Positions 22,600-35,526 of a DNA stretch of 57,547 nucleotides are shown here, in pieces; within the stretch, counting starts at the first letter, position 1, and the number at the start of each line of letters is the position of its first letter. Under the pieces are notes generated by a model that was given only the letters and a program-made list of their open reading frames with translations, searched no databases and had not been told where the DNA came from. The DNA comes from Klebsormidium nitens (Eukaryota > Plantae > Klebsormidiophyceae), in NCBI GenBank assembly GCA_000708835.1, contig DF237245.1, positions 52,491-110,037 of the forward strand. The letters run 5' to 3'. The translations under genes were made by a program, and so were the position numbers.

Positions 22600-25500
22600 G
22601 CCGCGAACCTCCGCAGCGGCCCCGGCTTGCTTCTTCAATCAATGCTGTCTTTGAATGAGCAGCACCATATGCTCTATTTGTAGCTGCACACAGCGCTTTG
22701 CTTTCAGGTTTGCCATTATAGGGGATCTGAATGCGGGGTTCAGGTTTGCGACCCATGTCGCTCCTACTTCGCATAGTGGGCCGTCGAAGATTACGTTTGT
22801 GCAGACACCTGTTAATAAAGACGCGTTATGATGCGCAGACTAGGGCCACGCCGTCGCTGTTGTTCAAGACAGTACATTATGTATGTTCTGTTAGCAATTC
22901 GTCGACCTGTTACCTGTAAGCTTTTCCATTCCTTTGCTCTCAAAGTTTGCTTGAAAGTTCTAGAACTCAGTGTAAGAACCAGTCCTATGGCTCGAAGTTA
23001 TCGCTGCGTCAATCTGACGTCGTTTCTTCTTTGCCCGCACTTTTCCCGCTTTTCTCGATGCTAAGATGCCAGTATCAGCAGAGCAATATCTTGTCCTGGT
23101 GCATCCACCAGATTCGGATGAGAATCCGACAGAACCGACTACCCGAATTGTACTTAAAGCCCAATTGAAAGCGCTCGTGTGTCGCTGCGTGTGTCAGCAT
23201 CATTTCTCTCCCGAAGTGTTGACAGTGATGCGCACGCGCAACTAAAGTTTGGAAAGCTCGAAGTTAGCAATTTTAACGCTACTTTGAACGGTCAGAAAAT
23301 ACGGCCTTGAAAGCTTTCAAGGACGAAAAAGGCTGAACTTGGCCCGGCAAAGTGAAGCTTGCCGGGGCACGTGTCAAGATGCAAAAGGACGGTCAAATCA
23401 AGGTCAACCTCGTGCATTGCTTGTGAAAGATCGGGCCGTGATATCTTCGGGCACGCTTTTCAAGCTCGACTTCGGCACCCATCGGTTCTGAAAGCAAGGA
23501 GTACAAAATTCTAGGAGAAGTGAGACTGCAGACGCCCGGGCAGCTTTGAAAGCCCTCGCAAAGGAGACTTTGCCGGGTTGGTTGTTTGAAAGACCTGCCG
23601 TCTGGGTCGGACTCGGAGTTGATGGCATAGTAGCCACTCATTCGCTCCTCGTAGATGTTTCGAGCGCACTTTGGACATTTTGAGACCTGTAATGTCAAAT
23701 TGACGGGTTAATGTCGGTCCGCTGAAAGCTCTGAAAGCTCTGCTTCGATACGTACTGTAAAAGCAGAAGGGAGGCGCTCAAACACCTTCAGTCCTTGGCA
23801 ATGACAAGGGTTTCATCGGGTCTAGTAATCACGTTTTAGCAAAAGGGCTAGAACCCACGTCACTGGGCGGTACTGCGTTGACGCCACGGACTTTCGAATC
23901 ATTCCTTTCACACTCTGGCCCAACATCTATCACCAAACAAACTAACTTCAGTTCCAGGCTTTCCGCACGTCAACATAAGCTTTGCGACAAGCTTTTAATC
24001 CTTAAATTCCTGGTCTGAGGCTACATACAGCACTCTTTTCCCCTTCTCACCGGTGCCCCATATGTATAGGACATTTTGACGTCCTGGCTTTGTACAGCTT
24101 TGCCTTAACCCTCTTCTCAGTTTATGGATCGTATTCTTCAAGTTGGGCATGCGTCTTACTACGATATCAAAGGTTTCTCTCAGGATGTGTCGACGAGCAT
24201 CTTGACCCAACGGCTCGAATCCGATTACTGCTCCGGTATTTCTGTTAAAACGTAAGACTCAGCTCGACTTTCTCGATACTGCCATCTCTACGTACAAAGT
24301 TTTGGAATGACGTCGAAGATGGGAGGACCTGGCACTGATCTTGCCAGACCCTGTCTCAAGTTTCTGGCCGGGTCAAGAGCAACTTCTGCGCTGATGACGT
24401 TTTAGGTCCGCTTGTCGCCTTTTTTGGATGGCTCTTTTCCTTGGGCGGTGTTTCGGTAGCGATTTTGAAAGAAGGACAAAAGTTTGAGAGGCTTTCACCG
24501 CTTTGAACCCTCAAAAGCAATGCAATAACTGACCGCGACTGACATTAGATCAGTCTTGATGCAAGTCGGCGCATACGTGAATCTGCCGAGGAAGAGAGAT
24601 GTGCGACCGGGGTCAACAAGACCACCGACGAGTTGGCCTCAACGGAACCTCAATCTGATGGCGTGTCCGTGACTCAGAATCTGTATCCGTTGCTTCATGC
24701 TAGTAGGTGTGATCAGTTGTGACGACGTCCTCATGCAAGCGGGTTATGCAGAGCTTTTCTCTCCGGCTCCGGAAAGTGCTTCTCCCTCATTTCTGGTTGA
24801 TTGCCCCCGCTTTCCGATTCTTTTGGATGCGACATCTTTCTGCCTAAAGGCACTGTCATTCGCAGCAAGAACAAATATTGCCACGATTGACAAGCCTAAA
24901 GAGTTTGGGAGCCGAAACTGACCTCGGCGCAGCTCAACTACTCTGGCTTTCCGCAAGCTGCGACGAAGATGCGCCACTGAGCAAAGGACAACCTGACGGG
25001 TAGCCACAAGAATGGGGCATCTAAAAATGTCAAAATCTCATCCTTTTGAATGCCAGGCGGTGCTGCAAACGGGCTGCAAACTGATGTACCGTTGTCAGAC
25101 TCGCGCCACGCAGTCTTGACTGACGTCACGGATGTGCTTTTAGTTTCCCACTGTTCAAGGAAGCACTTCTGATTGGCATCTTTACCGTTAAATGGAAGAA
25201 GCAAAGAAGAATTTGGAAGCGACTGAAGACAAGAGACTTGTAGCGACTGTAGAACCTTGTAGCTCTTCGAGATTTCGAGAAGGGTAACAGGCGATTGAAG
25301 CTTCCTGGGATTACGACGCAGCTGGATGTTAAGACATCGCCAGCTGTTGCTCAGGAGTGGTTTTCATGTATTTCGATGTCAATTCCTTCGTGCTCGACTC
25401 TGTCTTTTGTCATCTTTCACCAACTTTGGCACGGATTCATCGCTCCGACAATAAGTTAGTATGCCAGTTGCTTGAGTCGATTCTCTGCAGCGCATCGCTT

Positions 25501-28500
25501 GATTAGAGCTGCACTCTCTTTACAGATATCGTTTCCGCCTTGATTTTTGGACCAATCAGAGCTTAAAGACCCAAAAAGTTCCTGAATCCGATTACGTTGA
25601 CTTCCCTTTACTAATGATGAGTTCTAGGCGAGCCCACAAGGCTTCAAAAATTCTTGACTTTGTAGTTTACTTTTGGTGAGAACTCAACTAGTCAAACCGC
25701 CATTGCTCAGTCCTCTGAGGACGTCGTTGAGGACCGCCGGCGGGTGTGGTGTCTTTCAAAACCGGCCGGACACATTTAAAAGCTGGACACTGGCAAAAGC
25801 CGTTTTTGAGGCCAAGGATTTTCACCACACCTCTGGCTGACATCTTAGAACGTGGGCAGCCAGACGTCTCGCAAGTTATCTCGAACTATGGCCTTCCGTT
25901 TTTCTTTGGAAGTCACACCTTAGGCTGCTTTGGAACGGCCTGGTAACTCAATAAATTTCCTACTTCATACAATAGGCCAAGGTCAGCGGCGCTGGACAGG
26001 AAATTTTTGTGCAGTACCTGAATCAGGATTGTGCATTCAACCTCGAAATCGTCTCTGCTTCGCATCTTGAGGAGGATTCCTTCGGCTTGCTATGTCCAAG
26101 ACAAGCCTGAGGAAAAGATTGGGTCGGTATCTTTCCCTATTTCCTGCCAAATCCGATCGGCGGCAATGAGATGTTCTACGCTTGAGCTTTGGTTGAGCTC
26201 AAGGCGCATGCACTGGTTCGTCTTTGTTAATAGACACGCTTGATGCCATCATGACTGCAAGTGTTCTGGGACCTTCTGCGTTTCGGCTTGGCTTGTGCAC
26301 TGCTGTGAAACGGAAGATATCTGCTGCCCGCGCGCGCCCACAGACGGGCCGCTGGGCGCGGACCACGCGCGCAGAACAAAGATTTTCGCGGGGAGGCTGC
26401 GCATTTTGGACGCTCACCCTACAAGGCGGCCGCGAGCAGCCGCGGCCGCGGCCGCGGGCGCCCTTCTCGAAGCTCGCACTCCTCTGCACCATGCGGGGCA
26501 ATCTTTAGGCGGATCTAAACCGTTAAGTTTAAGCATTCTTGCGAGCAGGAAGCCCAATGAGCCAGAATTTATCTTCCCCTCTTCCTTGCGTCGGTTGACG
26601 TTTGAATATAATCGCTGGTCGCGACGAATCGTCTTGCAATATTGGAATTCGAGAAAAGCTCGCATAAGACCTGCGTTGGGGAGTGACGATTCCAAAATGA
26701 CGGGGCCCGGGCCCGAACGTTGTCTGTGAAGAGCCACAGGAGTCGACCGGAAGGTCAGAACCGGCCGTTTGCTGTGAAGTATCTCTGAGGGCCCTAGACG
26801 CTGATGACGTGTTCGGTCCTTTTGAACATTTTCTGGGTAGACTTCAAGTTTTCCTCGTACGGTGTCTTGGCAGCGATCTCATAAAGAAGGTAAGAAGCTT
26901 TGAGCCGCTGTCATCGTTTCGATCGGTTACATCTAGTGGAGAGAATGAAGCGCCACCAGCGTTTGAGTCAGTCTTGATGCAAAGCGGCGCAAACTCTGCC
27001 AAGGAAGAGAGATGGGCGACCGGATCGACGAGATGTTCGATCCAAAAGCTTTTATAGATCCACAGTCTGATGGCGTTTATTCGTATCTGCTTATGTCGCA
27101 TACACCGTAACACCTGGTGCCGGCATCGTCCAATCAGTTAAACTTATTGAAGCCTTCCTCCGGCTGCGGCGGCGCGTCGTGTTTCAAATTGTTGATTTCG
27201 TTTTCCGGTTGATCGTTGCGCTAAACAAGGAGACGGAGCCTACCTGGTATCTGTTCCTTGAACTCTGCTACAGTATATTGTGTTTCACCAGACTTCAATA
27301 GGCAGCTTCGGGTATTGGGCAGCTTCGGGTGCGGTAGAGTCTATGCTAGCCAAACCAAATCAGTTCGGGGACGTCAGCTAAAGCCGTGCCCGTAGGCCAA
27401 AATATTATGAGGTCATTTCGTGACGGCTCCAGCTTCGGTCCGTCCCTTTTTTACCTTAACCATCCAACTCATTTCACTTCTTCTGCTTCGAAGTACTGCC
27501 ATCAGTAGTAAAATGAGGTCTGCGGCAAATACAAGCCTCAAAATTCTGGAAAGCCCGCAAGGGATGAGAAGGATCCGGAGTATCACGACTTGTAAGTACT
27601 CGATATTCAATGCGGATTCAAATGGAAGGGCGACCATTGTCAAAACCAACGCTACGCTTTGGATCGGCGTCTGAGAATGGAGTGACCAGCAGCCCGTTTT
27701 GTAAGGAACTAGAAATTAGAAACCATGTCATGAGCAGTATGTAGAGAAACAAGAAAAGCGGACGGGAAACGTTTCGAAAAATTAGCGAGACCACTTTTTA
27801 AACCACTCAAGACGAATGGCTAGAGAGGTCGCGTCTGGGAAATCGCGTAAGGCGTGGTCTTCTGCGTTGCTATATTCGCAGTCCGACAAAACGGTCAGTT
27901 TCATAGCAAATTAAGCGTCGAAGCCTTGATGTTGATCAATTGCAATTGCAATTGCCAGAAGCCTCTTAGGAAATCTTTGAGGACTGCAGGCGTATTATTA
28001 TGGACGCCGACTTCCATTGGAAACCAGCGATCGTCAGAAGCTTTCTTCATCTGCCAAGGATTCGCCCGCAAACCCCTGGCTGAAAGATATATCCGTGCAG
28101 TAGCCAGGATGGTTACAGGGAATGATGGCTTTTCTAAAGTTCGCTTTGACGTTTCCATTTGAAGACTGTGACTATGCGTTGCACTTCTAACATCTGGCTC
28201 AATGAGCCGCCTCGTTTTGGGGGTCAAAATAGTTGCTGCGAAGATTCGCCGCGCCTGAAAGAAAGTCACTATGAGACTCCTCAAAACATTTTGACTGTTT
28301 TGGACTGTGACGTCACACTTTGAATTACTCTCTTGATTCCGCGTTTCCGACAAGGGTACTGCTGTGCCCAAAACGTTTTTGGCTTGAAGATCAGCATATT
28401 TGTTCTGCTAGTACGGGGCTGCCACCAACGTACGGCCGCCTGCTTTCCAAGGCTACATCTTATCTGGGCGGGCGATGCTTTTGACAAGCGCCGAATCCGG

Positions 28501-31500
28501 TAAACGAGAATGATCGTTCTCCTGATCACATGCGTGTGTCCTAAAGCTACAATGCTGGTGCCTGACTGTATCCCACACCGTCTACTTGCTTTACTCGGTT
28601 GCGGCACGATCGCGGCACGGTCAGCTGTTTGAACGGTGAAGTCTGACTTTGATGGCAGCTCTTTCTTCTGAAGCACGTGCCTTCGCACGCTTGACGTCGA
28701 TTGTTGCGGTGAAACTGCACGACAGCGCTGCGATTGTGAGCTTGCTCACAGGAACCTTGGGTGGATTGGAGAGCACATTAGAAGTGACCTGCGGCAATGA
28801 TAAGCTTTACGCGTGGGCTCTGTTCGAGCTCACTTGATGGCGACTGCAATACGCCTGATGCCATCTTGACGGCAAGCTTCAGTTACTTCGGCAAGCAGGA
28901 GCACATTTGGCGGCTCGCTTACATTTTTCTCTTCCTCGTTGCGATCTTCGGGGATCCAGTCGCGATCTGGACTGTTCTTTGCCCACCTGGCAAAGAAGGT
29001 GGCCTTGCTCTACCTCAAGTCGTAGATTGAATAATCCGCACTGGCCGTTGCGGGCCTCTCATTTTGACCAGGTAGTGCATCTTCCGGACATGAAGTTTCT
29101 GCGCTGCGGCTCACCTTGTACACTGTTCCAACGAAATGAAGAAACTGGTGCACATAAGAACGCGGCGGAACCTTGTTGATCGCAGCGTGATCGCAGCGCG
29201 CGCGAGCGCGTGATCGCGCGTGATCGCAGCGCGCGCGAGCGCGCTACAGCAGCGCGTCTGTGGGCGCGCGCAACATGCCGCAAAACTGCAACCTCAGCAG
29301 TGATGCCCACCCTGCAAGATCGCCGCGGCCAGCCGTGGCCGCGGCCGCGGGCGCTCATCTTGGAGTTTGCATTTTTCTGCAACATGCGGGAGCATCTTTA
29401 AGCCGGCATAAACCGTTCGTTCGAGCACTCTTTTGGGCAGAGTGCCGATTGATCCAAATGTATGTTGTGCTCTCTTGCTTACGTCCGTGATTCACGTGTA
29501 AAATCTTTTCTCTGGTCTCGAAACAGGCGTCCTGCAAGTTTGGAACGCTGAGAAAGCTTGCAATATCAGAACTGCAGAAGTGCGTTGAGATGACGCAGCT
29601 GTAGATTGCCAAACGCGCTTTTCTGAGTTGCAGTTTGATTGTTGCGGTAGACTTGCAGTACGACAGGGCTTGAGAGATTCTGGTGGTGGAGTGAAGTGCA
29701 TATCACGATCTGCGGCAATGAGAAATCATACCCGTGGGCTCTACTCAAGCTCAAATGTTGTCAGAACGAACCTCCTGATGCCATCTTGACGGGCAAGCTT
29801 CGGTTACTTCAACAAGTTTCTGGCACAGGCTGGCCGCGCGCTTCTCTTCTTCTTCTCTTCCTAACCGCGATTTCTGGCGGATCCATCGGAAGTTGCGCTC
29901 TTCTTTGGCCACCTGCACGAGGTCGGCTTGGCCTCGAGTCATAAGATGAAAACCAGCACTGGCCGTTGCAAGCCTTGCATCTGGGCTAGGGAATTGAGTC
30001 TTCCGGCTATGAAATTTATGCGCTGCGGCTAATCTTGCACACTTTTGCAAAGGAAATGAAGAGATCTCAAGCTGCACATACGAGCGGGGCGGAATCTCGT
30101 TGGGCGGAGCGCGCGCGAGCGCGCTTTACAGCGGCCCGTCTGTGGTCGCGCCCGAAAGGTCGCCGAGGAGAGTGAACCCTCACCCTGCAAGGCGGCCGCG
30201 GCCGCGGGCGCCCATTGCATGGTTCTGCAACAGCACCTTCAGGCTGATATACTCTTCCGTTTGTCCGATGTCACGGTTTGGTAGGGTGCCCAATGAAAGC
30301 CATTCTCCGTCGCTTGTTTGTTAAGTCAGGTCTAATTCAACCTATCTTAATATGCGCTGATCGGACGACGCGTCCTGCACATTCGAAACATTCAGAAAGC
30401 TCGCAATAAGACTTGCGTGGGGATTCGACATTCTCCCAAAAGGACTGGGGGCCGGGAAACGCCTATGAAGAGCCACGGGAAGTAACCGGAAGATCAGAAC
30501 CGGCCAGAGTTTTTTTCATTGGTTCGTGTCTCTGATGGCCGGTGCTCATTTCAAGATCGAACATGCATCCAGACGGACCTCCGAAATCTTCCGAAAGGGC
30601 CCTTGTCTTGTACGACGGCGTTTATAATTTAGGAGCGCCGATGAAGACCCGTCTCTCTCCGCTTGAATCCAGACACTGTCTTTGACCCTTTGTCGAAGCC
30701 ACGTTTTCAAACCCCGTAACAATTCCGTTGGTTTCAAGAAGACGTTGACCATCGACAGAAATGAGGTGAACTTGATGGGCTTTGTTTTGTCTAGTCGGAT
30801 TTGTTTGCAGAGCATCTGACCCCTCGGTTCACTTTGTGGTGTGTTGATTCAAACTCTCTTCCTTTTTTAAAACTAGTTCCGCTGTGTAGAACCCTTAACG
30901 GGCATACAAGAGCTCTTTGGCGGTTCGCGCGTGCCAGTCAGATACAGCATCCAGGCGCTGCCGTTTGGCGTTTTTCAGATTGTAGTGCTGTGCCATAGGA
31001 GTTCTGAGCTTTGCGGACGTTGAAATTGTACTAGTTACCAAGCTTGCAAAAGCAAGATTTGGTTGTCACGTCAGATATTGGCAGCAATGATGATCTTTCC
31101 CTTTGAGCCTCGCTCAGAGGCCTGAGTGCGCCGATGCTGCCACTGCTCATAAAATGCCGCGGCCATTGACTTCGTTTCGCTCCAAAGCGGCGACCAAGCA
31201 CATGAGAATCTACCATTCAAGGGAACAGATATTCAGTCTTTAGTTTGGATCTCGATTCGATCTCATGCGATGTGGATTCAGCGCGTGCCTGAGCTCCAAT
31301 CCATTTGAGCTCACATCTCTAAGTGCAGTACCCGATGCCATCTCGAGAACGTCTTTCGTTCCCTTCATCGAGCAAAGTGGTTTAGTCATGCACAGCTCGC
31401 GTTCTGCTCTTTGGCATCGTAATGCGCCCCCCTTTGTGCTCTAGTGGTTTACCCCATTGACGTGGCACCCATCAATCCGTTCAAAAGGTCTGTCCCGTGA

Positions 31501-32000
31501 AAGGACAGGCTGGGAGGCGCCAAGCCTCTCCTTCAAATTCTGTCTGGAAGCGCCTTCCGTATGATCTGGTTTTTCTTGTAACGACGGCGCGCGCGCAGTG
31601 CTCATGCGATGCAAGCTTTTACTCATTCAAATATTTGCATCACAGAGCCCACAAAAGCTGAAGTTGTGCGTCGCGGTATGGTCGGGCGGCCACCGCGCTC
31701 GCCAGATTGCGCGCGCGGGGGCGCGAGGCAGTCGGCCAGGCGGCCCGCCACGCTCTGGAGGCGCGGGCGCATTCGGTTTTCAACCCCTAGACGGGATTCA
31801 ACAAGGAATTAATTTGGACTCTTCGAAAATATCTCGTGATTAGTACGTCCTTGGTTTCCGGGACCCTCCTCATCTACGTGCGCTTGAGAACTCTTGCAAC
31901 ATGGCATTTAAGGAGTTGTGTCAGACTCGAACTCACGTTCGCTCTTTATATCTCCGAACCTAGTTGAGCTGACCAAAATACAAGTCGTGCGCTGCGAGAT
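22600..32000. pseudogene. Continuation of the decayed L/K array (several fragmentary copies, no long intact ORF)
   Basis: Pairwise similarities: 23160-23900 with 5700-6800; 24580-24620 with 26975-27020; 28700-29260 with 29690-30130; 30800-31560 with 8700-9227 plus 21870-22160. Confidence 0.5.
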
Positions 32001-33560
32001 CGTATATGACCACCAGATGGCGCGTATCGCACTAATTTGCAAATCGAAGTTTTCTCATTTCGCTCAACGTAGATGGTATGTGATCCCTTAGTCTCTTTCT
32101 ATCTCCCCCTTTTGCAACAGAAAATGCCCGAAGGAGGTCCTGGCACAGGAGCAGGACACCCATGATCGGCGCGGCCGCCCAACATACTTATACCCGTCAA
32201 ATGTCGCTTATGGATCATTTGAGCGGACGAAGAGGGGAACGGCCGCGCGCTTATGCCGAGTAGGGGCTTGCGGATATTGACTTCTCCATCTGCCACCGTC
32301 GTGCCCAGGTGCATATTGTAGAGTCACGTGCCCGGCCCTTTAACTCTCTGTTTCTGATAGCTGTATATGCCGGTCAAAGGTCAACCAATTTCGTGGAGGA
32401 AAGTTTTTGTTACGTACTTTACTTTTCAGCAAGAAACAACAAGTCATGCTGGTAGGTGCTCAGTCAGTGATCCAGTATATACTCAGGTCTTTCGAATCGT
32501 TGTAACATCGACCTGTGAGACAAGGACAGTAGAAGAGCGATTTTTTCTTAAATGTGATTTTGCCGGTTGATCTACCTTCAGGGGACCTCCAGCGAACACG
32601 GAATGGTTTAAGCCATCGCTAGCGCTACTGTATCTTCATAGAATTGATAGAGCCTAGAATACCACAAAACATTCTCAATCCACAGAGGCGTCACAGTGAA
32701 TCCACGTATTGGATGGTCCGTCAGAAAGAAGGCAAATAGCAATAACAACTTCTGGCACATCTTTACTTGGTCCAACTGATCCTGGTTTCAAGATGATGTT
32801 CTTTGCTCTCGCAACGAACTATTCCCTGACAGAACACCTGCACAATCTGCTGATTTTGAGCGGCAACATGATTAGCGTAGTCGTGCGGGTTGCAAACCGG
32901 CACTTTGACTCTTATTGTGATAACTGCTTATTAGGGAGGCTTCGGTTTGGTCTTGTAGGTTTTGGATCCGGGCAAAGTATTTTCCCGTCGTTAGGGTTCG
33001 TCACGTACACGCCTTCTAGCAATCAAATGGATTGTAAACGCAGGCCACTCGGATCCTCGTTTCCAAAATGATCTTCATGAGACATGAGGAGGCCCGTTTA
33101 CGGATTCGACCTTTATTGTGCACGTTCGCACAGGAATCATGCATGGCTGCATATTGATTTGAGCAATTTCGTGTCGCTACAGGAACAACAACGTTCGATA
33201 TGAGTAACAGTCTCATGCAGCTAGCCGGCACTCTTGACCCGAGCTCAATAAACAAAACGCAGGCGTGATGAAAGTTTGTGAGGCACTTACAGCTTCATGC
33301 ATGCAGAATCTTACTGATGTGGCCCGACCTATAAATGAAGCTTTAACGTTCTACGAATGCTGTTACACAGTTACAGAAATGCCAACTCGACCTCCCCCAA
33401 GTTACCAAGTTGAAGTTCTTACAAATGTTGCGGACGTCACCCACTCATTTATTAACCATCTTTTTAACAAGTTCAAGTGCACTCTCTGTGAATGTGTGCA
33501 ATTAACTTCCTGCGAGTGCAAACGCTGTGCATACTTCTGAATGGCCGCTTAGTCCACCTC

Positions 33561-34379
33561 TTACGGCGCCGGCTTGAGGGACGCCTTGATGGGCCGTTTC
33601 TTCGCTTCCAGCACGGCCTTAGCCGCCTCTTTCTCCACTTTCGCAACCTTCTCTTTCACATTCTGCAACGTCGCAAACAGCTTTTTGGCATTGTTACTTT
33701 CGTAGGTACTTCTCGTGTTGTAGTAGTAAAGGCCGCCTCCCATGCTGGGTTGAGTCCAGAAGTGACTCTTTACTCCAGTAGCCTCTAAGTCCTTAAGGAT
33801 TTGCTGCACCTTCGCGCGGAACCGCGCCGCTTCCGGGGACGTCCAATCCGGGCCCCGGGTCACCGATAACCGTTCGATCTCGCTCATCAATGGACGCCAC
33901 AGCTCCTCTGACCCTCGCCTTACCCTTAGCTTTGCGGCGTCCCCTTTCTCGCCAGCAAAGTTTTTGAGAAGAAAATTGAGGAGCTGGCTCTTCTTGTTTT
34001 TCTCCCAACCGCGAGTTGGCGCCGGAGTTTCCCACAAGTCCGTATCCGGCAACCGGAGCAGCTCCGCAGCAAAAGTCTTTGGAAAGTCTGCACCATATTC
34101 CGCCCAGCAGAGTCTCAACCGGGCGGCATGCTTCTCTAGCATGACGCTCTGTCTCAAGTAGTCCGTCTCGCTCAGCGACTCAGCCACCTCTCGAAAGACC
34201 CATGGGATCACCACCGAGGGAGGGGCAGAACTAGTCGCGCTCGCATCGCTTCTTGTGCCATCCTGGTTAACAATAGACTTTGCCGGCAAAGGCAGGGCCT
34301 CCTTTCCTTGTTCTTCAGGAGCTTCTGTGTTGCTGATGAGAGTTCCTTTGGGGCGCAGGACAGAGCTGTTCAACCCCAT
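33561..34379 (-). CDS. Orphan paired-gene family, type A copy 1 (272 aa; stop replaces the conserved Trp, losing WEVD)
   Basis: Intronless ORF MGLNSSVL...PPSVVIPWVF...KASLKPAP. It is followed by TAA-GAG-GTG-GAC-TAA where A2 has TGG-GAG-GTG-GAT-TGA. Confidence 0.8.
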   Translation of the reverse strand: MGLNSSVLRPKGTLISNTEAPEEQGKEALPLPAKSIVNQDGTRSDASATSSAPPSVVIPWVFREVAESLSETDYLRQSVMLEKHAARLRLCWAEYGADFPKTFAAELLRLPDTDLWETPAPTRGWEKNKKSQLLNFLLKNFAGEKGDAAKLRVRRGSEELWRPLMSEIERLSVTRGPDWTSPEAARFRAKVQQILKDLEATGVKSHFWTQPSMGGGLYYYNTRSTYESNNAKKLFATLQNVKEKVAKVEKEAAKAVLEAKKRPIKASLKPAP

Positions 34380-34454
34380 TGTCTCCGACTCTAGGTCCCA
34401 GTTGGTGTGGTAGAGATGCTGAATCTGCATGTGAAGCGAGTCGTGGCCGGAGGG

Positions 34455-34610
34455 GCGCCCGGCGGCCGCGTCGCGCTCTTAAACCTGTGACGGAGGGTTT
34501 TGGAGGCGCGCGCAGCGGCCGCGGTTTGCTAATGCATTATTTCTCAAAGTTTGCGGGGCGGCCGGCCGCGATTACGCGCAGGAGCGCCCCGAACCCTCCA
34601 AACCCGTTCA
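34455..34610. promoter_or_regulatory. Shared bidirectional promoter of pair 1 with inverted telo-box-like arms
   Basis: AGGGTTT at 34494-34500, GAACCCT/AAACCCG at 34591-34606, with a GC-rich GGCCG core. The same layout occurs at 38366-38480 and 43481-43576. Confidence 0.6.
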
Positions 34611-34719
34611 CAACCAGACCTGCCATGTGACTGAATTAGTCGAAAGCCGACGCGCGTCGTTGAAGTGGTTCTGTGCTAGTGGGAAGGAACTACTGTAAGC
34701 GCCTCAACGAGAAGCGGCG

Positions 34720-35526
34720 ACGGGTCTCAGCAATTCCGTCCTATCCAGGTCACGCCGGAGGGCTGACTCTAGTGGAGACGCACTGCAGGTGGGCGCCCAC
34801 CTGCCAATTAACCAAGAAGGCGCTCCGGGAAATGCTACCGGATTGAAAGCTCAAAAGGGCGTCAATAAAGAAAACTATGAAGAGAGGCTCCGGACTGCTC
34901 CTCCCTCGGTGGTCATTCCGTGGGTTTTAGATGACGTAGCTGACTCGCTAACTGAGACGGACGCCTTAAGGAGGGGCGTCACGTGGGAGCAGCATGCAGC
35001 CCGGTTGCGGGTCTGCTGGCAAGAGTACGGGGCCGAGTTTCCAAAGGAGTTTGCTGAAGCGCTAACCCGGTTCTTGGAAACGGGTGACCAGATAGATCAG
35101 GTTGTGCTGTTTTTGCTGGACATCTTTGCTGGGGACGCGAATGAAGAGACCGTGGAACGGCACGTGACGAGAGGTTCAAAGGAGCTGTGGCCACTTGTGC
35201 TTGGAGAACTTGAAAAGAGCTGGGGGGAGGCAGACTGGACCTCCGTCCCCGCTGCTGAATCCCGTCAGAGACTGCGGCAGCTGGTTATAGATTTGAGGGG
35301 CGTGGCCGAGAAACGTTTGTATAGCATCTCGGATAAACTTCTGGATGACAACCCCTCTGCAAAAAGGAACGCTGAAAAGCTGCTGGATGCAATTCGGACG
35401 TTGTGGCTAGAGGTTGAGCGAGTAGATCGTGAGGCGAAGAAGGTCGCCATCGAGGCGACTCTCAAGCCGGCGCCTTGGGAAGTGGAGGGACCTGCGGGGT
35501 CAGATTCAGAAGCCAGAAAGGGATAG
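34720..35526 (+). CDS. Orphan paired-gene family, type B copy 1 (ATG changed to ACG; otherwise an open 268-codon frame)
   Basis: ACG-GGT-CTC-AGC-AAT-TCC-GTC-CTA ([T]GLSNSVL) at 34720 is in frame with ORF 34789-35526 and aligns with MGLTSSLL of B3. An in-frame TAA at 34696 precedes it with no ATG between. Confidence 0.75.
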   Translation, partial: TGLSNSVLSRSRRRADSSGDALQVGAHLPINQEGAPGNATGLKAQKGVNKENYEERLRTAPPSVVIPWVLDDVADSLTETDALRRGVTWEQHAARLRVCWQEYGAEFPKEFAEALTRFLETGDQIDQVVLFLLDIFAGDANEETVERHVTRGSKELWPLVLGELEKSWGEADWTSVPAAESRQRLRQLVIDLRGVAEKRLYSISDKLLDDNPSAKRNAEKLLDAIRTLWLEVERVDREAKKVAIEATLKPAPWEVEGPAGSDSEARKG

